DNA of 64,000 nt, taken from an uncultured delta proteobacterium (GTDB taxonomy: Bacteria > Myxococcota_A > Polyangia > Polyangiales > B10-G4). Shown here piece after piece: positions 19,407 to 28,809 of this stretch (position 1 is the first letter of the stretch; the number at the start of each line of letters is the position of its first letter). The position numbers and the translations under genes were made by a program. The DNA is taken from the NCBI GenBank assembly GCA_963727445.1, contig CAVSGI010000006.1, positions 32,001-96,000 on the forward strand. The letters are read 5' to 3'. Below the pieces are notes generated by a model that made no database searches, was not told the origin of the DNA, and saw nothing but the letters and a program-made list of their open reading frames with translations.

Positions 19407-20730
19407 CAGAGCACCTCGAGGTAGAGCTCGCGCTCGAGAGGCGTGACCTGTCGCTCGAATCGCTCGCGTTCGGTCTTCTTCACCCGCAGGAAGAGATCCC
19501 AGAAGCGCTCGCCCAGATACGCCGGCAGGATCTTCGCCTCGTCGGCCGCGGCGAGCGCCCGCTCCCAGGTCCCGGGCAGCGCGCGAAGGGAGTGAGTCGT
19601 CACGTCGTCGCGGATTCTCGTTCGGCGCGTCGAGCTTCGCGCCGAGACCGTGATGCAACCCGGCGAGCACCACCGCGACCACCAGGTAGGGGTTGGCGTC
19701 TGCGCCGGCGACCCGGTGCTCGACACGCGGAGCGCCGGGGGGAATGCGCACCGCAGCCGTCCGGTTGTTGCGGCCCCAGCTGGCCGTGTTGGCCACGAAG
19801 GCGCCGGGGACGAAGCGCCGAAAGGAGTTGGCGTTGGGGGCGAGGAGCGCGGTCGCCTCGGCCATGGTGGCGCACAGGCCGCCTACCGCGTGGCGGAGTG
19901 CATCGTTGACCTCCGGCTCGGAGGCGAAGAGGGCGGAGCCATCACGGCCCAGGGCGCTCGCGTGCACGTGCATGCCGCTACCCGGACGGTCGGTCCAGGG
20001 CTTGGCCATGAAAGTGGCGCGGCAGCCGTGGTCTCGCGCGACGTTGCGCACCGCGTGCTCGAAGATGAGCGCGTCCGCGACGGCGCGCAGGGCGTCGTCT
20101 CGATGATGGAGATTGATCTCGTAGTGACCTTCGCCGGACTCGGCGACGGTGGTCCCGGTCCTCACGCCCATGGCTTCACAGGCGGCATGGACGTCCTCGA
20201 CGAAGGCCGAGCGTTCGTCCATGCGCACGGCGGCGTAGGACTGGACCGCGCCGCCCAGCGACGAGGGAAGGGGGGACGCGGAAGCCGCCGTGTCTCCCTG
20301 GTGTAGATGGAACTCGAGCTCGACCGCGACGGTGACCGCGAGGTCGTCGCCGGCGAGCCTTTCGCAGACGCGCCCGAGCGCGGAGCGTGGATCGGCGAAG
20401 AAGGGGCTGCCGTCCTCGTCTTCCATGGAGACCAGCGCCTGCGCTCTGGGGCCGTGAGGATCTCCGCTCGCTCCAGGGGACGCGGGTGAGTGTTCCTTCG
20501 ACGATCTTGCAGTATCGGTCGCGTTCTCCCTCTTCGGCGACGATGCCGGTCCCTCCGACCAGGAGCCCGGAGGAGTCCATCGAGAAGGTGGAGCCGGGGA
20601 TGCGCATCCCCTCCGAGGCGATGGAGGCGAAGTCGGCGCGGCGGATGCGCTTGCATCGCAGCACGCCGTTGAGGTCGGGCAGGAGCAGATCCACCGCGCG
20701 AATGTCGTCGTCGAGAGCGTCGTCAGTCAC
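19406..20730 (-). CDS. Glutamine synthetase family gamma-glutamyl-amine ligase (PuuA-like), frameshifts near 19590 and 20450-20490
   Basis: DLNGVLRCKR, ELEF, E.GEGHYEIN, FMAKP, GSGMHVH, WGRNNRT and EHRVAGADANPY motifs spread over three ORFs. Confidence 0.85.
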
Positions 20731-20759
20731 GCCGCGACCCTAACATCTCGCGCCCGCCC

Positions 20760-22460
20760 TCACACGGACGCCACCGCCGTGGTCCAGGAGGGCTCTGCGC
20801 TGCTGACCCACGCCCCGTCCGCCGCGCGCGTCGCGGCGCACACGCGACCGAAGCCGAAGCTGTCGACCTCCTGATCGAGGACGGTGAGCTCGTGTCCGAG
20901 CGCCACGAGCGCCTCTCGAACCGAGGGCGCGACGCGACCGTCGACGTAGGTTGCGCCGCCCTGGGAGTGGATCCGCGGCAACGCGAGGGCGTCGTCGATG
21001 GCCATGTCGTGGTCGACGACGTGGATCAACGCCGAAAGGACCGCCGTCTCGATGCGATAGCCGCCGGAGCCTGCGGCGGCGAAGACGGCGTCTCCGTCTC
21101 GCGCCGCGACGAGGGCGGGCGCGCCGAACATGGGCATCTTGTGGGGCGCGATGCTCGAAGGCCGCCCGGGGCGTGGGTCGAAGTAGCTCATCCCGTTGTT
21201 CAAGAAGACGCCGGCCTCGCTCGCATAGACCAGCGACCCGAAGGTCCATCCGACGGCGGTGATGATCGACACCGCGTTGCCCTCGCGGTCGGCGGCCACG
21301 ATCTGACTCGTGCCGCCTCGGGGAACGGGCGCCGGCCCGTGTGGCCTTTCCCCCAGCGGCTCCGCGCCTGCCTCGAAGGGCCACGGGTCGCCCGCCGCGA
21401 CCGGGCGGGGCAGGGCGCGATCGGAGCGGATCTGCGCGCGTCGCTCTGCGGCGTACGCCCTGCTCCGCAGGCCGGACACCGGGCTCGGGGCGTGCTCGGG
21501 ATCGCCGTAGTGCGTCAGGCAATCGGTGAAGGAGATGGCCAGCGCTTCGGCGACGAGGTGCAGATGCGCGGCGTCTTTCGGCGAGAGGTCGCCGAGCGCG
21601 AAGCCGTCCAGGATCTGAAGCACCTCGTAGGCGACGTGATCGCCACAGGTGGTCAGCGCGAGATCCCGATAGCGCGCCGGCGGCTCGCGAACGATGCGCG
21701 GCCGGTAGGCGGCGAGGTCCTCCTCGCTGAGGATGCCGCCGACGCTGCGGACGGCGCCGGCGATGGCGCGCGCCACCTCCCCGCGGTGAAAGCCGTCGGC
21801 GCCTTCGGCGGCGATGCACCTCAGCGTTCGGGCGAGTGCGCTGGTGTCGAGCCGTGCGCCCGTCGCCTCCTGCGGTGCGAGCCGGGGCGCGAGGCCCCCT
21901 GGCAACAAGACCGCGGCGGTCTCGCGCATGCGCCGGATGCGCGCTTGGTGCTCGGCGACCGCCAGCACGTCGCGCCAGGTGAAGGACACGCCCCTGTCGG
22001 CAGCCTCGATGGCCGGGGCGAGGACCGCCTCTCGCGGGAGCCTCCCGCGGAGCGCGTGCGCTTCGCAGAGCCCCGCCACCGCCCCAGGGACGGCGACCGA
22101 CAGACCGCCGTAACGCTGCAGCTCCGAGGCGGGGTGCCCGTAATAGGTGGGGGGCGCGTCGGGGATGGGGAACATCGTAGCGTGCGCCCCCGCCGGGGCG
22201 CGCACGTATCCATCCACCGAGAGGCTCTCCCCTCGGGCCGCATCCCAGAGCGAGAGGTGCGCGAAGCCGCCCAGACCGCAGTCGACCTGTTCGACGACGA
22301 ACGCGGTGAAGGCGGCGGCCACGGCCGCGTCCACAGCGTTGCCTCCCTCCTCCAGCATCCGCGCGCCGGCCGCGGCCGAAGCCGGATGGCCCGCGGCGCA
22401 GATCCCGTCGCCGCGAAGCGCCGGGTGCGCGCGGGCCGCGTGATGCGCGCTCCGCAGATC
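20760..22460 (-). CDS. Gamma-glutamyltransferase family protein (start uncertain)
   Basis: GGNAVDAAVA, VPG, TSQIVAADREGN (nucleophile Thr), FGS, LNNG, GSGG and PRIH motifs. Confidence 0.9.
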   Translation of the reverse strand, partial: DLRSAHHAARAHPALRGDGICAAGHPASAAAGARMLEEGGNAVDAAVAAAFTAFVVEQVDCGLGGFAHLSLWDAARGESLSVDGYVRAPAGAHATMFPIPDAPPTYYGHPASELQRYGGLSVAVPGAVAGLCEAHALRGRLPREAVLAPAIEAADRGVSFTWRDVLAVAEHQARIRRMRETAAVLLPGGLAPRLAPQEATGARLDTSALARTLRCIAAEGADGFHRGEVARAIAGAVRSVGGILSEEDLAAYRPRIVREPPARYRDLALTTCGDHVAYEVLQILDGFALGDLSPKDAAHLHLVAEALAISFTDCLTHYGDPEHAPSPVSGLRSRAYAAERRAQIRSDRALPRPVAAGDPWPFEAGAEPLGERPHGPAPVPRGGTSQIVAADREGNAVSIITAVGWTFGSLVYASEAGVFLNNGMSYFDPRPGRPSSIAPHKMPMFGAPALVAARDGDAVFAAAGSGGYRIETAVLSALIHVVDHDMAIDDALALPRIHSQGGATYVDGRVAPSVREALVALGHELTVLDQEVDSFGFGRVCAATRAADGAWVSSAEPSWTTAVASV

Positions 22461-22464
22461 GATC

Positions 22465-23732
22465 TCAGCCCGCGGCGCCCAGGAGCGTCTCGTCGAAGGG
22501 GAAGCGGCTGATGCGCTCGATGCCGTGCTCGGTCACGAGCACCTCCTCTTCGAGCTTCACGCCTTCGCGGCCGCCCACCTCGGCGACGTAGCTCTCGACG
22601 CAGAGCACCATCAGGGCTCGATCGCGCCCTCGGTGCCGTGAGCGCCCCAGTCGAGGAGGTGTGGAATGAACGGCGTCTCGCCGTGCATCCCGCAGCCGTG
22701 CATCACCGAGGTGTAGCGACGGGCGGCGATGCGCTCGGGCATCTTCCAGGCGCGCTCGGCGATCTCGCGGTAGGTCATGCCCGGGGCGATGATCGACATG
22801 TTGTGGCGGAGCTGGTCGTAGGCCATGCGGTAGAGCGCCTTCTGCTCGGCGCTGGGGCGCCCGGGACCGCAGAAGAAGGTCCGCGAGAAGTCGGAGTAGT
22901 AGCCGAAGCAGCCGATGGTGTCGGTGTCCACCGCGACCAGCTCGCCCGGGCGCACCAGTCGCCCGCTCGCCTCGTTGAACCAGGGGTTGGTGCGCGTCCC
23001 CGAGCTCACCAGGCGCGTCTCGACCATCTCGCCGCCGCGCGCGATGACCGCGCCGCACCATCTTCGGCGAAGAGCGCGTTCTCGCTCACGCCAGGCCGGA
23101 TCTCCTCGCGAAGCTCGTCGACCGCGGCCTCGCTGCTCGCCATGCTCAGCTCGCAGGCAGGCGATCTCCTCGGGGGTCTTGATCCGGCGGCAGTGGAGCA
23201 TGTCCTGCCGGCAGTCCACCGACCGCCAGCCCCGCCGCTTCGAGGGCGAGGGCCAGGTGATGGAAGCACCGGTCGAGGCCGACGCGTCTTGGTGCCCGAG
23301 CCGTGGGTTCGCACCAGGTCCGCGATCTCGGCCGCGAAGGGTGCGGCCGTCTCGAGGTCGCTGTCCGCGGACCGAGGACCAGACCACCTTCGAGGTGCGC
23401 GCCTCGTCGATCGTGTCGAGCATCTGCGAGACGTGGGCGCTGTGCGGATACTCGAAGAGGACCACCGGGCCCTCGGCAGGCACGTAGATGTAGCGGCTCG
23501 AGTTCCGCAGGAAGTAGCCGAACATGTTGCGCGAGCCCGTGGCGTAGCGCTGGTTGTTCGGGTCGAAGAGGACGACGCCGGCGTAGTCGCGCTCGCGGAG
23601 CATCGCGCGCAGGCGCGCCAGGCGCCCGCGGCGGAGCCGGGCGGTGTCGACGCCGTTGGGCTCGGCGTCGGTGAGGGTCATCCCCGGCCGCTTGGCGGCG
23701 AGGAGCCGGCTCGCGGGCAGGCCGGCTACCAT
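22465..23732 (-). CDS. M24B Xaa-Pro peptidase-fold enzyme, DddP-like subfamily (several frameshifts)
   Basis: LFDPNNQRYATGSRNM, ETRLVSSGTRTNPWFNE, DTD..G..GY..DFSRT, MHGCG and VLCVES...GVKLEE..L motifs. Confidence 0.8.
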
Positions 23733-23736
23733 TTCA

Positions 23737-24591
23737 TCAGTCGACGAGGCCATCGAGTCGCTCCTCTTTCCCGCTCGTGTGTGCTTCGGTCACGCGCCCG
23801 AAGAGCTGGCGCGTGCGCTCGGGCTTGCCGATCACGCCCGGCTCCTTGGCGTAGGCGAGGATCGCGGTCAGGCGCGGGCGGTCACCATCGACCTCGGTGA
23901 CGCGATGCAGGGTGAAGCGGCCGAGGAAGAGTTGAAGGTCGCCCGACGCGAGCTCGAGCTGACGCACCTCGGAACGATCTTCGCCTCTCAAGACGCGTCC
24001 CACGCGATCGTAACGCTCGTCTCCCGGCGCCCGGATGTTCGGGCAGTACTCGAAGACGCCGCCCTTCTCCGCCGGCGACAGGAGCGTGGAGACGATGAAC
24101 TCGTTGGTGTCGTAGTGCCACGGATGCTCCGCGCCGCGCGGGAGCACGTTGACCACCAGGGAGGCGAGGGGATCGGCGTATTCGTGGATCACCTCTTCGT
24201 GCAGGCAGTCGGCGACGAAACGCTGGAAGGCGAGCGAGGCGTAGAGTCGTCTCAGGAGCGCCTCGTCGGGGATGCGGTCCTTGGCCACGAAGCCGTGCGT
24301 GCGCTTCATGAAGATCCGCCGCGGGTGATCCTCGGGAAAGCTCGGGTCGTCGAGGGTCGAATACGCGTTCACCCAGCGGGGGTGGTAGTAGGCCTCGCCG
24401 AGGAGCGGGAGCGCCTCGGTGCGCATCCGCTGGACAGCTTCGCCCTCCAAGAAGCCGCGGAGCACGCTGCATCCGGTGCTGGCGAGCTCGCGCCGCACCT
24501 CCTCCACGATGCCTCGATAGGTCTCGCGGTGCGGGGCGTCCAAGGGGTAGCGGGCGAGGTCCACGACCCCGTGCAGAGAGGCGCTTTGCAT
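23737..24591 (-). CDS. Fe(II)/2OG oxygenase of the BesD/HalD-like family, hydroxylase type (HxD)
   Basis: WHYDTNEF facial triad, GGVFEY, GDLQLF and LHRVT..R motifs. Confidence 0.75.
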   Translation of the reverse strand: MQSASLHGVVDLARYPLDAPHRETYRGIVEEVRRELASTGCSVLRGFLEGEAVQRMRTEALPLLGEAYYHPRWVNAYSTLDDPSFPEDHPRRIFMKRTHGFVAKDRIPDEALLRRLYASLAFQRFVADCLHEEVIHEYADPLASLVVNVLPRGAEHPWHYDTNEFIVSTLLSPAEKGGVFEYCPNIRAPGDERYDRVGRVLRGEDRSEVRQLELASGDLQLFLGRFTLHRVTEVDGDRPRLTAILAYAKEPGVIGKPERTRQLFGRVTEAHTSGKEERLDGLVD

Positions 24592-24673
24592 GGTTTCACT
24601 CTGGCGAGGCGCGGGGCGGCGGTGAAACGAGTTCTGCCAATACCCTCATCAGCCGGGCGAATGGCTGGGCCGC

Positions 24674-25561
24674 GTGCTACGGGAGATCGCCATGCGGCCG
24701 ACCCTGGATACCGATCTCTTGCGGGCCTTCGTCGCGGTCGCGGAGCTCGGCAGCATCACCCGGGCCACGCCCTTTCTGGGGCTCACGCAGTCCGCGGTCA
24801 GCCTGCAGATCCGCCGCCTCGAGGACCAGCTCGGCACGCAGCTCTTCCACCGATCGAGCCGCGGCGTTCAGCTCACCTCCGCCGGCGAAGCCTTCGCGGT
24901 GCGGGCGCGGCAGATCCTCGACATGCACGCGCGCGCGGTCGACAGCCTGTGGCGCGCTCGTGGCGACGAGGCGGAGATCCGCCTCGGCATCAACGACGTC
25001 TACGCCGCGCGGCATCTCGCGCCCGTCCTCGACGAGCTCCGGCGCCGACACCCCGAAGCGCGGCCCATCGTCGTCTGCGACGTGAGCACCGCGCTGGCCC
25101 TGGCGTTCGATCGCGGCGCCCTCAATCTGTGCATCTCCCTGCGTCACGACCCGGCTTCCGAGGCGGAGGTCGTCGCCCGCGAGGCGCTGGTCTGGGTCGC
25201 CTCTCGGGAGCTGGCGCTCTCGCCCGGGCGGCCCGTCCCCCTCGCCGTCTATCCCGAGTATTGCGTCTTCCGCGCGCGCGCGCTCCGGGCCCTCGCGGCG
25301 GCGGAGCGCGACTGGCAGATCGTGTTCACCAGTCAGGGGCTCGCGGCCATCAATCTGGCCATCGACCGGGGCTGGGGCGTGGCGGTCAAGACGGCGAGCA
25401 CGGTGGAGGCGCGCTGGCGCGTCCTCGGCGAAGCCGACGGCCTGCCCGAGCTCGGGAGCGTCGAGGTGGAGCTGCGCCGCTCACCCACGAGCGACACCGC
25501 TCCGGTCAGAGATCTCGGCGACCTCCTCGCGGAGCGGCTTCGTCACGCGGCTCGGGCTTGA
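24674..25561 (+). CDS. LysR-type transcriptional regulator (probable start ATG 24692)
   Basis: LRAFVAVAE...TQSAVSLQIRRLE HTH; divergent from the oxygenase operon. Confidence 0.93.
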   Translation: MLREIAMRPTLDTDLLRAFVAVAELGSITRATPFLGLTQSAVSLQIRRLEDQLGTQLFHRSSRGVQLTSAGEAFAVRARQILDMHARAVDSLWRARGDEAEIRLGINDVYAARHLAPVLDELRRRHPEARPIVVCDVSTALALAFDRGALNLCISLRHDPASEAEVVAREALVWVASRELALSPGRPVPLAVYPEYCVFRARALRALAAAERDWQIVFTSQGLAAINLAIDRGWGVAVKTASTVEARWRVLGEADGLPELGSVEVELRRSPTSDTAPVRDLGDLLAERLRHAARA

Positions 25562-25565
25562 GGGC

Positions 25566-26567
25566 TCAGGCGGCTTCGCTCTCGGCTTCCGCGGCGGCGG
25601 TCACGACAGCGTCGAGCTTCTTGCGACCCTTGGGGCGAAGCACCGTCCACACCAACCAGGCGATGTCGAGGAGGTCCGAAGGCGCGTCGCCCGCTTCTTG
25701 TGCCTGCTCGGCAATCTCGAAGGCGATGCCCGCGATGCGACCGTAGAGCCAACCGGTGGGGCGCGCGTTCCAGCCGATGTTGGGCGAGTAGCGCCTCACC
25801 AGCTCCTTGGAGACGCTGGCCTTCACGTAGAAGCGCTCCTCTGGATGGACCAGCGCCGAGGGCGCGGTGGCGAGAGACCAGGAGACCTTCTCGCCGCTTC
25901 GGCCGAGCGCGTTCACGAAGCGCTCGAAGCGCGCCTCGTAGGGGCCCGTGCCGTAGAGCATGTTGCGCAGCGTGCGGGTGAGGGTGGGAAGGTCCTCCTC
26001 CGCGAGCGCCCGAAGAGGCTCGAGCTTCTTCTTGGTCACGAAGTCGCCCTTGCTCAGGACGTCGAGCAGCGTGTCACGGACGCCCCCGTGGTCTGCCGCT
26101 TCGGCCATTCGATGGAGCGCGTCGGCGGAGAGGCGCTCGCGCGCATCGGCGATCGCCGCGTCTCGGTGGCGCTTGATGCGTCGCTTCTGTCCGCGGCCGC
26201 GGACCTTCTTCAGGTAGTCCTCGGTGGCGAAGCCCTCGGGATACTCCTCGATGAAGATCGCGTGCAGCGCCGTGAAGTCGACCGCGGGGACCGAGGCACC
26301 ACGCCGCGAGAGGTTCGCCTCGCGTGCGATGTTCGCCTGCTTCAGCATGGACTTGAGGTTCTTCACCACGCGCTGGGCGTTGACGTCCTCGCGCTTCACC
26401 GGCTCGAAGAGATCGTAGTAGCCCTTCTTGAACACCCGCAGCTCACCGTCCTGGAACTGATAGCCCCGCCGGTCGCGGCGCTCGAAGGCCATGATGGCCA
26501 TGCCCCACTCTTTACGGCGTTTGACATGTTCGAAGATCTGGTGATTCAAGATGGGTGCGCTGGACAA
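25566..26567 (-). CDS. Hypothetical protein (paralog of 27416..28457)
   Basis: TTG start with GAGGAGG RBS; H..R.EWG.AI, FQDG..R.FK.GYY and WSLAT motifs shared with the paralog. Confidence 0.8.
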   Translation of the reverse strand: MSSAPILNHQIFEHVKRRKEWGMAIMAFERRDRRGYQFQDGELRVFKKGYYDLFEPVKREDVNAQRVVKNLKSMLKQANIAREANLSRRGASVPAVDFTALHAIFIEEYPEGFATEDYLKKVRGRGQKRRIKRHRDAAIADARERLSADALHRMAEAADHGGVRDTLLDVLSKGDFVTKKKLEPLRALAEEDLPTLTRTLRNMLYGTGPYEARFERFVNALGRSGEKVSWSLATAPSALVHPEERFYVKASVSKELVRRYSPNIGWNARPTGWLYGRIAGIAFEIAEQAQEAGDAPSDLLDIAWLVWTVLRPKGRKKLDAVVTAAAEAESEAA

Positions 26568-26772
26568 AGAAACCTCCTCAGGTCGTGCGAGATGCTCGCC
26601 TCGGTTCGTCGCGAACGCCCTGGATTCGAGGCGTGCGGGATGCGCACTTCTGGCGCATCAAACGAGGCATCCGCCACCGCGCTGGACCGTTCAAAAACGA
26701 ATGATCACACGAGGCGAACTCGTACAACATAAGACGGATTGCGCCGAGCGCAACCCCCTCAGACGCGAAATG

Positions 26773-27072
26773 TCAGCGCTTTTTTCGGCGGATGCGCCAG
26801 CTCTTGCGGACGCCGGCGCGCGGGCGCTCGTAGACGATGGCCCCGACGGCTTCGAGCCTGTCCGCGAGATAGGCGGCGCGTGAAGGGCCGACGCGAAGCA
26901 TCTTCTGGAGAGCTTCGGAGATCACCCGCTTGCCTCTTCGATAGCCGCGAGGATGCCGGCGACCCATGCGCCGCTGGAGCTTCGGGACGAGCGTCCACAC
27001 GTCCAGTCGACTCTTGACCTCGACGACCGGCTCCGAGGGCTCGTGGCGCTGGAGCTCGATCTCTTCCCGCAT
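26773..27072 (-). CDS. Small basic hypothetical protein, winged-helix-like (paralog of 7547..7873)
   Basis: PRGYRRGK...ADRLEAVGAIVYE motif; starts immediately after the upstream stop. Confidence 0.65.
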   Translation of the reverse strand: MREEIELQRHEPSEPVVEVKSRLDVWTLVPKLQRRMGRRHPRGYRRGKRVISEALQKMLRVGPSRAAYLADRLEAVGAIVYERPRAGVRKSWRIRRKKR

Positions 27073-27073
27073 C

Positions 27074-27382
27074 TCAGCGGGCGAAGGAGCTCAGGACGCT
27101 CTGATCGTATCGGATCCAGGCGTCTCGGTTCTCACGGACGTTGGCGGTCATTTCACGCACACGACCTTCCATGTCCTCCGCCTTCGGGACGGTCTTGACC
27201 TCGGCACCGTCGGTGCTGCGTGGGTTCCAACGGACGAACACCTGGGCGTTCGGGAACTCCTCCCGAATGCGACCCCGCAGCTCGTCGACGTAGCGGCTCG
27301 CGCTCACGTCGTACATCAACCCAATCGGGTCAGCGCCGTCGAAGAGCTTGGAGCCGGTGTTGATGATGATTGTCTGAGTCAA
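27074..27382 (-). CDS. Hypothetical protein
   Basis: AAGGAGGA RBS before TTG at 27382; non-shadow amino-acid composition. Confidence 0.7.
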   Translation of the reverse strand: MTQTIIINTGSKLFDGADPIGLMYDVSASRYVDELRGRIREEFPNAQVFVRWNPRSTDGAEVKTVPKAEDMEGRVREMTANVRENRDAWIRYDQSVLSSFAR

Positions 27383-27415
27383 CAGTCCTTCCTTTCTCAA
27401 TAGCTTCGTTTGGGT

Positions 27416-28457
27416 TCAGGCGGCCTCGCGATCGGCGCTCGCGGCCTGGGCCGAGAGGCCGAGCTCGGCGCGGCGCTCCAGGATCTCCTTGCGCGCAGCA
27501 GGCTTGAGCGTGAGCCACATGAAGTCGACCACGTCGAGGAGGTCGGTGGGCTCGACGCCTTCGCTCACGAGGCGCTCGCGCATCTTGGTGCCCATCGCAA
27601 GGAGTCTTTCGTAGAGGATGCCCATCGGGCGGTCCGAGAGGCTGAGCCCCGGCGCCATCCATTCGGCTTGAAGCGTCACCGCCTTGGGTCGCACCACCAG
27701 ATGCTTCTTCGGACGCACCACGCCGGGCAGGACCGTGGCGAGGCTCCAGCTCGGCGTGTGTCCCATCGCGCTCTCGAGCGCGCCCACCCACGCTTCGAAG
27801 CGCGGGATGAGCTTGCCGGTGCCGTGCAGGAGGTCGAAGAGCGCAGTGGCGACCAGGGCGTGATGCTTGCGGGGCACGCGGCCGAAGCGCTTTCGGTCCT
27901 CGGGGCTGACGAGAATCGGTGGAGTTGATCAGGCGCTTCGCGGTGTCGAAGACGGCGCGATGGTCCTCGTCGGCCATCATCTTCTTCATCTTGCGCTTGG
28001 AGAGCTCCTTCGCCGTCTCGACCAGCGGATCCCGGTGGCGGCGCAAGGGGCGCGTGCGCCCGTCTCCGCGGTGGGTCAGGACGTACTCCTCGTCGGCGAA
28101 TCCCTCGGGATGAGACTCGAGGAAGAAGGCGACCTGCTCTTCGGGGGAGACGGGCTTGACGCGTCGCCTGGCCGAGCGCGTGTCCTCCTCGGGGGCCATG
28201 CTCTCGAGGGCGCGCACGACGCGCAGCGTGGTGTCGAGGGGTTTGTCCACCGCTTCTATCAGGTGGTAGTAACCGTTCTTGAAAGAGCGAGTCCGACCGT
28301 CTTGGAAGAGCATCTTCACGCGGTCCGACTGCCGGCGCAGAACGATGGCCAGCCCCCAACGTTCGCGCTTGGAGTGGCAGAAGAGCGTGCGCACCGCGGA
28401 GCGGTCGTCGTGGACGTCGAGGTCGACGGAAGCGAAGTCGGAACCGAATTTGGACAC
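27416..28457 (-). CDS. Hypothetical protein (paralog of 25566..26567), frameshift near 27915
   Basis: AAGGAG RBS before GTG at 28457; the two ORF pieces together align with the 25566 product. Confidence 0.75.
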
Positions 28458-28680
28458 GAGGTCTCCTTGTCGTTCGGGTGACGAAATGGGCGAAGCCCCC
28501 GGCGCTCGTCGGCACCGAATGGGCGGTTTTTCTGGGCCGGACGAGGGTTCGCCCGTATTTCCGCGCCGCCTCGCCATCCCATCGCGTGCCAGTGGCACGT
28601 CACGACGGACGATTGGAGTGCGACGAGGCGGAGTGTAGCACCAAACGAACGTAAGTAAAGGGGAAATCAAACGCAGTAGC

Positions 28681-28809
28681 TCACCACAAGCGATGATCGC
28701 GGGCGTCTCGGAGCAGTGTCGTCACGAGGAACACCAGCCCGAGGGACACCGCGACGATGGCGCCCCAGATGGCGAGCTCGAAGAGCCCCTTCGGGATCAT
28801 CATCGTCAT
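28681..28809 (-). CDS. Small membrane protein coupled to the SSS transporter
   Basis: MTMMIPKGLFELAIWGAIVAVSLGLVFLVTTLLRDARDHRLW; single TM; ATGA overlap with the transporter stop. Confidence 0.65.
   Translation of the reverse strand: MTMMIPKGLFELAIWGAIVAVSLGLVFLVTTLLRDARDHRLW

Noticed and set aside
23737..24591. Radical halogenase
   Set aside because: It has HxD (WHYD), not the HxG/A motif needed for halide binding.
23644..25746. Long alternative ORFs such as 23644..25746, 14432..16102, 43957..45531 and 56277..58364
   Set aside because: These are shadow or antisense frames of well-supported genes, typical of high-GC DNA.
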